This document shows positions 53,849-64,000 of a stretch of 64,000 nucleotides of DNA, one piece after another. This stretch comes from Octopus vulgaris (Eukaryota). How positions within the stretch are numbered: the stretch's first letter is position 1; each line of letters begins with the position of its first letter. Made by a program: the position numbers and the translations under genes. The DNA lies in the NCBI GenBank assembly GCA_951406725.2, contig OX597818.1, positions 13,144,001 through 13,208,000 of the forward strand. The letters run 5' to 3'. The notes beneath the pieces are model-generated. The model was not told the origin of the DNA, searched no databases, and saw only the letters and a program-made list of their open reading frames with translations.

Positions 53849-53880
<32 letters not shown>

Positions 53881-53882
53881 GT

Positions 53883-53922
<40 letters not shown>

Positions 53923-54809
53923 ATCTATGTAATCTATATATCCATCTGCATATATTGTATATATAATTAATCGTTCTAATTACGTCGTACATGTATATGT
54001 ACACACACACACACACACACAGACACATATGCATATCTGTTCTTTGAGCAAAATTCAAAAGATCATATGCACAGCTCAGCATACAAATCTTAAATTCTGC
54101 TTAATGTCTTATAAAAGAAATGCATATAATTACTGCTGGATTCTGTTTCATACACCAGATCTTCAGAATTGTATGCTTAATCGCTGTTATATATTTCTTT
54201 ACTGTCTGAAGAAATATCATGATATTTTACGAGACCTATCTAGAAAACCTTTTGTACAATCTTCATTTAACATTATTAGCGACACCTGTATAAATAACTG
54301 GTTTATTCTCACGAATTCCATTTCGTTTCTGGTTTTCAGCTGACTATACTCGATGTTGAAATTTCATTCAGATGACGACCTTATCAAGCTCTCTAAATTT
54401 TTAAGGCATTTTTCGAAGCAATACCGTTTTGAAATTATTTGGAAATTAACGTTTCTCCTTTAGTCAACAATGAAAGGGGAGAGTTTAGATGTACCAGATA
54501 CTTAGCTCCATGCATATAATGGGATAGTAAATCAGTGTCTTGTTTAGTAGCTTTTAGGCCATTGAAATAGAATACCAATATCACTCGAAATATTATTTTC
54601 CTATTTTAACATGTGGTTTCTGTTGGGCTATGCTGTTTCGAAAATTGACAAAGAACTTTTCATTCTTGATAACTTGCCTCAGGTAAAGAGCTATAAAAAT
54701 TTGAACGAAGAGGAATCCTATTTGGAAATAAGTAGAAATTATATTTCGGGGTACAAATCAAATTTTCAAATCAATTCATGGAATTCATAAATACATACTT
54801 AGAAAGCTT

Positions 54810-55200
54810 CCAACCAACCAACCTACCTACCTACCTACCTACCTACCTACCTAACTACCTACCTACTTACCTACCTACCTACTTACCTACCTACCTACCT
54901 ACCTACCTACCTACCTACCTACCTACCTACATATCTACCTACCTATCTACCTACCTACCTATCTACATACCTATCTACCTACCTACCTACCTACCTACCT
55001 ACCTACCTATCTACCTACCTATCTACCTACCTACCTATCTACATACCTTTCTACCTACCTACCTATCTACCTACCTACCTACCTACATACATACATACAT
55101 ACACACATACCTACCTACATACCTACATGCCTACCTACCTACCTACATACATACATACGCACACATACATGCATACATACATATATGCATGCATACATAC
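54810..55200. repeat. (CCTA)n grading into (CATA)n
   Basis: Directly visible; explains the PTYL-repeat ORF. Confidence 0.95.
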
Positions 55201-55348
55201 AAACAGACATACATATATGCATACACTTATGTTTGTGTATATATATACGTATGTTCATGGATCAGGAGTGGAAGTGCGTTGCATTTGTATAAGTGTATGC
55301 GTGTATATGTGTATATATTTATATATACATAAACATATGTACATATAC

Positions 55349-55397
<49 letters not shown>

Positions 55398-55732
55398 TAT
55401 TTACATATATAGGCTTATATATGTATATGCATAGAAGTATAAATGTATATATGTACACATGTATGTATGTATACATGTATAAATGTATAGAGGTATAAGC
55501 GTATATAGAAAAATAATGAGTTAGAGGTTATGCAACCTTTAAGGGATAACTGTATCCGTAAACATTACTGGTGTATTACTTCCCTATGTATAGGCCTTGC
55601 TATAAGGTTAACAATAGTTGGTAATTTGAATGGTAAACCGTGGTTTAATATATTCAGATAAGAAAAGAAATAGAGCAACAATTACCAATTAGAAGTTGAT
55701 CATTGGTATTAAAAGGTCACAGTTTAAAAAAA

Positions 55733-55810
55733 ATTTACAGCTGTTTCAGTTTGTTATCTTTTTGGTAAATTTGCATTTGTCTCGTTCCATTTAACAAATA
55801 CCGTCAGAAT
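55733..55810 (-). ncRNA. Hammerhead motif in a PLE terminus, one core substitution
   Basis: Sense ATT-CTGACGG-taTTTGTTA...TAACAAAct-GAAAC-AGCT-GTA-AAT. Confidence 0.5.
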
Positions 55811-56295
55811 GATTTAGAGTTTATCGGATGAATAAAGACAGGGGGAAAAGGAAAAGGAAAAAGAGAAGTGAAAAAATGAAAATAGTTCATTAGGCTTACA
55901 TATTTCTCTCATTTAAGGTTCCACGTGTGTGTACATTTCTTCAATTAGATGAATCGAGCAATAAGTGGAGAAAATGACTAGTTGACAAGCGTGTATATAT
56001 ACATACACACACACAAACATACACACATACACATACACACATACACACACATATGTATGTATATATATTAATACATTATATTTGTATACATCAACACATG
56101 TAAGTATAGAGGCAGGGAGAAAGACAACTATATGGAAGACACTTAGATTTGCTGCCTAATGTATGTCACGCTCCTCCTATGTACATATATAAATTCCCAC
56201 CCAACACATGCACACACACACACACACATTGACACAAACGTGTTGTGTCTAAATAGATGCTTATATATATGTAGACATATATGTATATATATATT

Positions 56296-56626
56296 CGTGG
56301 GCAAGTGTCTTCTACTATAGCCTCGAGCCAACCAAAGCCTTGTGAGTGGATTTGGCAGACGGAAACTGAAAGAAGCCCGTCGTATATATGCATATATATA
56401 TATATATGTGTGTGTGTCTGTTTGTGTGTCTGTGTTTGTCCCCCTAGCATTGCTTGACAACCGATGCTGTTGTGTTTATGTCTCCGTCACTTAGCAGTTC
56501 GGCAAAAGGGACCGATAGAATAAGTACAAGGCTTATAAAAGAATAAGTCCTGGGGTCGATTTGCTCGACTAAAGGCGGTGCTCCAACATGGGCACAGTCA
56601 AATGACTGAAACAAGTAAAAGAGTAA
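56296..56626 (+). mobile_element. CORE-type SINE lacking its head
   Basis: gggcaagtgtcttctactatagcc...aatgactgaaacaagtaaaaga. Confidence 0.88.
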
Positions 56627-56651
56627 AAGATATATATAGAAACACCCACGC

Positions 56652-56701
<50 letters not shown>

Positions 56702-56704
<3 letters not shown>

Positions 56705-56906
56705 TAGAGTTTACGAAAACAAAAAACAAAATACGAAGACAGGTGGTGTACAAAACAAACAGATGTATTAGCATAATGTTCAGGAATAGAAAAAGTCTTT
56801 TACGTTTCGAGCCTACGCTCTTCTACAAAAAGGGACACAGAAAAAACAAAGAGAGAAACAAGGAGAGGAAAAAATGTATATAGTGGCTAACGATCTATCA
56901 TGGCGA
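56702..56906 (-). mobile_element. Neptune-type PLE terminus with variant HHR (56797-56832), abutting (TA)n
   Basis: Sense CTTT-TTGTAGA-A-GAGC-GTAG-GCTC-GAAAC-GTA-AAAG; aligns with 30540-30715. Confidence 0.8.
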
Positions 56907-56924
56907 CACACACATACACACACT

Positions 56925-56978
<54 letters not shown>

Positions 56979-57019
56979 TATACATATATGCAATTTATAT
57001 ACATATGTATATATGATTG

Positions 57020-57092
<73 letters not shown>

Positions 57093-57195
57093 TGTGTATA
57101 CATAATGAGACGCATAAATATATATGCTTCTATATATATATATATCATTATGCATTCCGATGTATAGGCGTTATTACTGGAACACCTACACACCT

Positions 57196-57229
<34 letters not shown>

Positions 57230-57833
57230 ACGTATCGATCTAATGACAAAATGATACACATACTCTGTGTAAATTAATATTCTATTTTTCAGAGTTACAT
57301 ATGAAGTCATTCAAATTGTAGTTGAGACACCATTCAGGATATTGATATAAATAATTATATTTATTTGATTTGCAATGAAAGGACTAACAGTGTCTTCGAA
57401 TTATCTGTGCGTTCCCTTCCTCATTCCTCAAACTATGAATGCAATTGTAACGAAACATTGAAATCATTGTGAAATGCTTACTTCTCAAAATATATATTAC
57501 CCGCGAGCACACATTGCTAAATATTATATATATATGCATATGATATGTTTTCATGTGTCTGTATGTTTCTTTATATACCTTTATACGCGTGTATTCATAT
57601 ATATGCGCTCTTATATATGCGTGTATGCAATTACTTGAATATAAGAAAAAGTTGCTACTCATACAACTCATTTCAGACGGTACATTGATTGCGGTTTCGA
57701 ACTTTTAAGATTCTCCTCTTTACCATTCGGCCGTGAAGATTAAACAGGGATAGTTGCTGCATACAAATTCTTGTATTGTTTTGTTTAAATTTTCATCTTT
57801 TGTAGTTTATATCTAATACCTTCTCTTACATAC

Positions 57834-57982
57834 CGGTCGAGAGTAATGGAGTAACATAATGTTATTTTGGAGCTTAAATTGCTTCCTTTCAAGGGTTTCA
57901 CTAAATCTGGATTGGACGGTTTCTCTAAGCCTGGCCCGGAATTCTGGTATGTTCTTACGATCAGTGATAATTTCGATGTACT
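57834..57982 (-). CDS. Candidate 149-bp internal coding exon of an unidentified gene
   Basis: cccgtttctttcaatggctacAG acceptor, CCG|GTATGT donor, open frame YIEIITDRKNIPEFRARLRETVQSRFSETLERKQFKLQNNIMLLHYSRP; no recognised homology. Confidence 0.3.
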
Positions 57983-58242
57983 CTGTAGCCATTGAAAGAA
58001 ACGGGACCCGTAGCTCGAACGCTCATCTAAATAAGTAGTCTCCCACAGTTTTATATTTCGCAATATAAACACATTTTTGGCAATATAAACACAATAAATA
58101 TATGTGATCTACATACTAATTATATGCTGTAAGCATATATTCGCACTACACACGCACACACACACGTATTTTCATGTAACAAACTCTAGTTCATCTCTCT
58201 CTTTCTCTCTCTTTCTCCAACTCCCCCTCTCTCTCTCTCTAT

Positions 58243-58290
<48 letters not shown>

Positions 58291-58384
58291 TCACACATAC
58301 ACACACGCACGCACGCACACATACATACACACACACACATATATGTATATATATATATATATATATACTTATATTATTATTAAT

Positions 58385-58785
58385 ATAAACCGATAACACA
58401 CCGAACAGACACTGCGCCTGCCTCCACGTTTTCAGTTCAAATTCAGCCTAAGTTAAAGTTTCATTTCCTCTATAAGAACGATAAAAAGGAATGAATTCAG
58501 AACTGAGGTAAATGACATCGAGTATCCACTTCACAACAAAATGTGCATGCCTTCTGCCAATTGTAGAAAACAATGTTAATTCGTTAAGCTGCCAGAAATT
58601 TTAGCACACGGGCAAAATATTTGGTGGCATTTCTTCCTATTTGTGCTCTGAATGAAACTATCGCTTCTGCCTTTCATCCTTTCAGAATCGATGAAATATC
58701 TACCACTTGATAACTGGGATACATTTCACTGAGTACCCACTTCAAACAAAATTTCACGAATTTTGCCTTTATTAAAAAATATCAT
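58385..58785 (+). mobile_element. Two tandem, highly diverged Meta-type SINEs
   Basis: cagttcaaattc..; ttagcacacgggcaaaat..tgcctttcatcctttcagaatcgat. Confidence 0.55.
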
Positions 58786-58787
58786 CA

Positions 58788-59135
58788 CCCCTGAATAAGG
58801 ATTGTTTAAAAATGTTGAACAAAACAAGCATGTTTCCAGAGGTGAATTATTCAAACCCCAAAGAATTCCTCTCAGCACATGGCTGTGATACCCCCCATTA
58901 CTTCTGCTCGTGATCAGAAAAGCACATATCGTCAGCCACTAAGGGACATCCTCAACTGGTTATGGTCAAACAACTGAAAAGAAAATCTATGGGAATGAGT
59001 AGAATATTTCCTGTAGTCCATCTTTTATACCAAAACAAAACAATGTACATGCTGACGCTTTCAATCTGTTAAGTTCAGAAGCCATGACAGACACTTTCTG
59101 GTATTGCATCAGGACAAACTATTATTATTTTTCGA

Positions 59136-59228
<93 letters not shown>

Positions 59229-59725
59229 CATTATTATTATTACTATTATTATTATTATTATTATTAGTAGTAGTAGTAGTAGTATTACCTTTGAGTGAGA
59301 AAACAGTACATGCCCAGTATACCTCTCACGAGTACCCATTTGATAAGGGTACACCAGGCACATTCATCACAAACATTTGTGTGCAACATGGTGATCTCAT
59401 AGCAAGATAAACAGCGCTTGATCCTGTAGGGGAAGGGGTCGACTAGCCCATCCCACTCAAAAGGTCCCTGAATAAGGGTTGTGTAAGATAGTTAAATGAA
59501 ACACCCATGTTTCCTGGGTTGAATTGTCCAAACTCCAAATATTTACTTTCAACACCAGGCCATGATGCTCCCCCCCCCAATATTTCTGCTCATGTTCAGA
59601 GATGCACACATTGTCAGCTATTAAGGGGCATTCTCAACTGGTTATGGTCAAACAAGTGACAAATCTGTGTATTGAGCACAATATTTGCTAGAATCCATCT
59701 TTTATACCAAGGCAAAACGATGTAG
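58788..59725 (-). repeat. Two overlapping copies of a non-coding interspersed repeat (58788-59113; 59290-59725) separated by (GTT/ATT)n
   Basis: ccctgaataagg...ctcaactggttatggtcaaacaa...ccatcttttataccaa shared between 58788-59045 and 59466-59725. Confidence 0.8.
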
Positions 59726-59869
59726 AGGATCTGCGTGAATGTTACAATCACTTTCCGAGAACAATCAGCATCCTAGGGCAAGTGAAGAAAAGAGATATTA
59801 CAATACCATTGAAAGCTAGGGGGCGGATAAGTGGCAACATCGGTAGTGAAATATCTTGATGTAATACAA

Positions 59870-60250
59870 CACAGACATTTAAATTTATAGGGTTTTTCTA
59901 AGGTTGTGGGCAGTACTAGTCAGCAGAATCTTTTTGATTTCTCTGAAACATGGTTCTCCTGAGATATTACCTACATGTTTTTGACATCTCTTTAATATCA
60001 TACCTAGGGTAGCGACAACAACAGGAACAGTTCTCGCTTTAGGATACCACATTTCTTGTATTCCATTTTCCAGATCCTTATATCTACTTTATCAAATTCC
60101 TTTACAAATACTTTTTCAACAGTGGGAACACTTACATCTATTAGTCTACAAGTATTTTCTTCTCGCTCCATAATGACTATGTCTGGTCGATTAGTCTGGA
60201 TCGTTCTGTCGGTGTTAACTGGAAAATCCCAGAGTATAGTTATATGTTAC
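59870..60250 (-). mobile_element. R4/Dong LINE 3' fragment
   Basis: ILWDFPVNTDRTIQTNRPDIVI..LIDVSVP..YKDLE..TVPVVVATLG..TAHNLRKTL. Confidence 0.85.
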
Positions 60251-60297
60251 AATAATAATAATAATTATTGTAGTTGTTATTGCTGTTGTTATTGTCG

Positions 60298-60416
<119 letters not shown>

Positions 60417-60429
60417 GTTATTATTAGTT

Positions 60430-60770
60430 TATTTTTGCTAAGGTTCAGTGTTATTCCTGGTACAATCTGTAACCACAAGTACCCACTAGATTTCAGCTGT
60501 CCTCCAAGTGCTTAGAACCCTACTGATAATCCTTACTCCGCCTAGAAACAAACTACATGGCATTCTATTCCATAATCCTTCAGGCATTTCTCTATATTAT
60601 AGGCACGACCCTTACTGTTCTTATGCTCCAAAGTCTGACTTTTTCAAATTTTAAGGGCTTGTATTTTTTTTTGTTTTGATACTCTTTCTTTACCATCCTG
60701 GAATAAAACGGGTATGGTGGGTCGATCAGTGCACAACGTCACATTTCCGTATCTATAATATCCGACCATC
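60430..60770 (-). mobile_element. R4/Dong LINE 3' fragment, decayed
   Basis: ERVSKQKKIQALK..LGGVRIISRVL; sense tail is (AAT)n. Confidence 0.6.
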
Positions 60771-60928
60771 ATGTTCTTGTTCTTGTTCTTGTTTTTGTTT
60801 TTGTTCTTGTTCTTCTTGTTCTTGATCTTGTTCTCCTTCTTCTTCTTCTTCTTTTTCTCCTTCAACTTCTTCTTCTTCTTATTCTTCCCCTCCTCCTCCT
60901 CCTCCTCCTCCTCCTCCTCCTCCTCCTC

Positions 60929-60985
<57 letters not shown>

Positions 60986-61004
60986 CTTCTTCTTCTTCTC
61001 CTTC

Positions 61005-61197
61005 GGGCGGCAAGTTGGCAGACTCGTTAGAACGCTGAGCAAAAAGCTTAGTGGTATTTGCCTGTCTTCAGATTCTGAGTTCAAAGTCCGCCGAGGTCGA
61101 CTTTGCTTTTCAGTGAATACTATTGAAACACTGGGCTCGATGTGATCGACACATGTCTTCACAGAAAATGTTACCCTTGAGGAAAAAATTGAAACCA
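61005..61197 (+). mobile_element. Meta-type SINE
   Basis: ggcggcaagttggcagactcgttag, gagttcaaagtccgccgaggtcgactttgc; tail runs into (ATT)n. Confidence 0.8.
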
Positions 61198-61203
61198 TTA
61201 TTA

Positions 61204-61354
<151 letters not shown>

Positions 61355-61357
61355 CAT

Positions 61358-61785
61358 TATTCAGTAGTTTTATTTTTATAGCGTGCTTTCACTTCACTAC
61401 CGAGCGCAGCTCTGTGTGCCTTGGGTATGTGCTGTGATTTGTTGTGATGCTCTGATGGTTATTGTATGGAAAGTGTTCTGCGTAGGATGTGTGCAGTGCC
61501 TAGTAGTGCAATTTTCTGTATGTTATATGTGTTTGTAAGTCCTGGTGTTTTTGTTATGTATTTGTCTGAATATTTTTTTATCATGCCTAATGCGCCTACT
61601 ATGATAGGAATTGTTTCTGTTTTCAGGTTCCACATTCTAGTTACCTCTATTTCCAGGTCTTTGTATTTTGAGAGTTTCTCCATTTCTTTTAGAGACACGT
61701 TGTCATCTGCCGGTATTGATACATCAATTAGAAAGCATTTTTTTCTTCATGATCTCTGACAACTATATCTGGTCTGTTGGCCTTA
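61358..61785 (-). mobile_element. R4/Dong LINE 3' fragment, young (open frame)
   Basis: ANRPDIVVRD..CFLIDVSIPAD..EKLSKYKDLEIEVTRMWNLKTETIPIIVGALG..IQKIALLGTAHILRRTLSIQ*; AAT repeats on both sides. Confidence 0.93.
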
Positions 61786-61824
<39 letters not shown>

Positions 61825-61844
61825 GCTATTATTATTATTATTAA

Positions 61845-62012
61845 GGCAGCGAGTTGGGAGAATCGTTAGCGCACCAAGCCAAATTCGTAGCCGCAATTTC
61901 GCTCTTCTTTACGCCGGCAAAAATGCTTGGCGGACATTTCGTCTGTCTTTAAGTTCTGAGTTCAACTTACGCAGGAGTCGACTTTGCCTTTCATTCTCTC
62001 GGATTCGATAAA
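61845..62012 (+). mobile_element. Meta-type SINE embedded in (ATT)n
   Basis: ggcagcgagttgggagaatcgttagc, gagttcaac, gtcgactttgcctttcattc. Confidence 0.8.
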
Positions 62013-62014
62013 CG

Positions 62015-62119
<105 letters not shown>

Positions 62120-62329
62120 GTTTTTGTTGTTGTTGTTGTTATTATTATTATTATCATTATTATCGTTGTCGTCATCATCGTCATCATCATCATTATTTAC
62201 ATTTCCCTATTGATGGGCTGTATATGGTTAGGAGACAAATTGATTAGTAATATGTAAACGATAATTTATGTGTAATTTGAATGATCCTTCATACTTGGAG
62301 TCTTGATGATATATATATTAGCATAGATG

Positions 62330-62364
<35 letters not shown>

Positions 62365-62404
62365 TGTGCCTGTCTGTGAGTGTGTGTTTATTTTGTAACT
62401 ATGT

Positions 62405-62545
62405 TTCTCCCCACTTGAGAAACTGCTCTTGATGTATTGACACCCACGTAACCTAGCAGTTGGCTTTAAAAAGATAGTATAGTGGGGTCGATCTGTGAAG
62501 GCCGTGGGCAAGCATGGCCTTAATATAATGACTGAAACAAAAGAT
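62405..62545 (+). mobile_element. CORE-type SINE 3' half, diverged
   Basis: cgtaacctagcagttggc..ggggtcgat..aatgactgaaacaa. Confidence 0.55.
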
Positions 62546-62719
62546 AAGATATGTGTGTATGTGTGTGTCTGTGTGTGTGCGTGTTTTGAATTGTGAGTGT
62601 GAATGTTTGTGTGTATAAATTTATAAAGATATGCATATATATGTATATATATCTATATACACATACATATATTCTATTATACATGTATACGCAGGTTTAC
62701 TGTATAATTTTTAGGTCTC

Positions 62720-62759
<40 letters not shown>

Positions 62760-62834
62760 TGTATCTGTATGTGTGTCTGTGCGTGTGTGTGAACGTGTGT
62801 GTATATATATATATACATATTCTTTCTTTCTTTT

Positions 62835-63185
62835 TTCTTTTACTTGTTTCAGTTATTTGACTGCGGCCACGCTGGAGCACCGCCTTTAGTCGAGCAAATC
62901 GACCCCGGGACTTATTCTTTGTAAGCCCAGTACTTATTCTATCGGTCTCTTTTTGCCGAACCGCTAAGTGACGGGGGATGTAAACACACCAGCACACAAA
63001 CACACACACATACATATATATATATATACATATATACGACAGGCTTCTTTCAGTTTCCGTCTATCAAATCCACTCACAAGGCATTGGTCGGCCCGGGGCT
63101 ATAGCAGAAGACACTTGCCCAAGATGCCACGCAGTGGGACTGAACCCGGAACCATGTGGTTGGTTAGCAAGCTACTTACCACACA

Positions 63186-63189
<4 letters not shown>
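62835..63189 (-). mobile_element. CORE-type SINE, near full length, young
   Basis: Best-preserved copy; tRNA-like head, CORE-like block, internal microsatellite, 3' half. Confidence 0.9.
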
Positions 63190-63240
<51 letters not shown>

Positions 63241-63589
63241 ATATATATGTATGTGTATATATATATATTATATATTATATTATATATGTGTGTATATATA
63301 TATGTGTGTGTATATATGTATATATATATAGATACTTATACATTCAAACACACACACACACAAACACACACACATATATATAGGCAGAAAGATACATATA
63401 TTACATATATAGGCAGTTACATACTTAGATAACTAGTTTGAAAGTATCTTATAACTTCTCTCAAGTCTACCAATGTTTCTTGTATACACGGATACACGCA
63501 CAAATACATGTGGGTGTATATATATGTATGTGTATTTGGAGATTTTTAAAATACATTTACATACACATCTAAATACACTTGCATATGTA

Positions 63590-63680
63590 TGAGGGGTGTA
63601 TGAAAAGTTTTGAGCCTTGAAATCTTCTATCTTCATCAGAAATGTTTTATTGAGGTTCGAGACTTTTCATTCACACCTCG
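63590..63680. mobile_element. Mariner-type mini-MITE (91 bp)
   Basis: TA|TGAGGGGTGTATGAAAAGTTTTGAGCCT ... AGGTTCGAGACTTTTCATTCACACCTCG|TA. Confidence 0.8.
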
Positions 63681-63702
63681 TATATGCATATTCATACATA
63701 CA

Positions 63703-63736
<34 letters not shown>

Positions 63737-63751
63737 CCTATATATATATAT

Positions 63752-63790
<39 letters not shown>

Positions 63791-64000
63791 ATACAATATT
63801 TACATTACTCGGTAGTCAAGATACATATGCCGAAGTGAAATACATACATACATACATACATATATACCATAAAATATATAAAAATATAAAATATATAAAA
63901 TCTTCTGGACATACCAGACATTTCTATCCGTTTTCTTATATAGTCACGTGGGCATATCGAAAGTTCTGTCCTTGTATTTAGACATGGTATATATATATAT

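Noticed and set aside
54778-55332. 184-aa PTYL-repeat ORF
   Set aside because: (CCTA)n/(CATA)n microsatellite
63120-63189. tRNA gene
   Set aside because: tRNA-like head of a multi-copy SINE with no complete cloverleaf

Overview
AT-rich, microsatellite-dense eukaryotic DNA, intronic or intergenic. It is most likely from Octopus or a close coleoid cephalopod (inferred from the tRNA-headed CORE- and Meta-type SINE families recognised from memory, and the extreme (TA)n/(CA)n/(AAT)n load). No intact host gene can be supported; most ORF-track entries are microsatellite read-throughs or transposon relics. The window is a graveyard of retroelements: R4/Dong RLE-LINEs stacked in (AAT)n arrays, an L1/Tx1 relic, two ORF1-only zinc-knuckle elements, RTE, CR1-like and HERO/NeSL-like fragments, and many Penelope-like (PLE) pieces. 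DNA transposons include a DD37D maT element, mariner MITEs and Helitrons. The most notable structure is (i) about ten hammerhead-ribozyme (HHR) motifs in PLE termini, including a three-copy family with a shared non-canonical CUGUNGA core and two head-to-head HHR fold-backs, (ii) opposite-polarity co-clustering of Dong LINEs and Meta-SINEs on shared AAT microsatellites, (iii) two RTE copies with twin-priming-like 5' inversions, (iv) HAL1-like ORF1-only elements, and (v) a spacerless ~108-bp-arm SINE palindrome. All family calls come from manual translation and motif recognition; boundaries are approximate unless termini are quoted.
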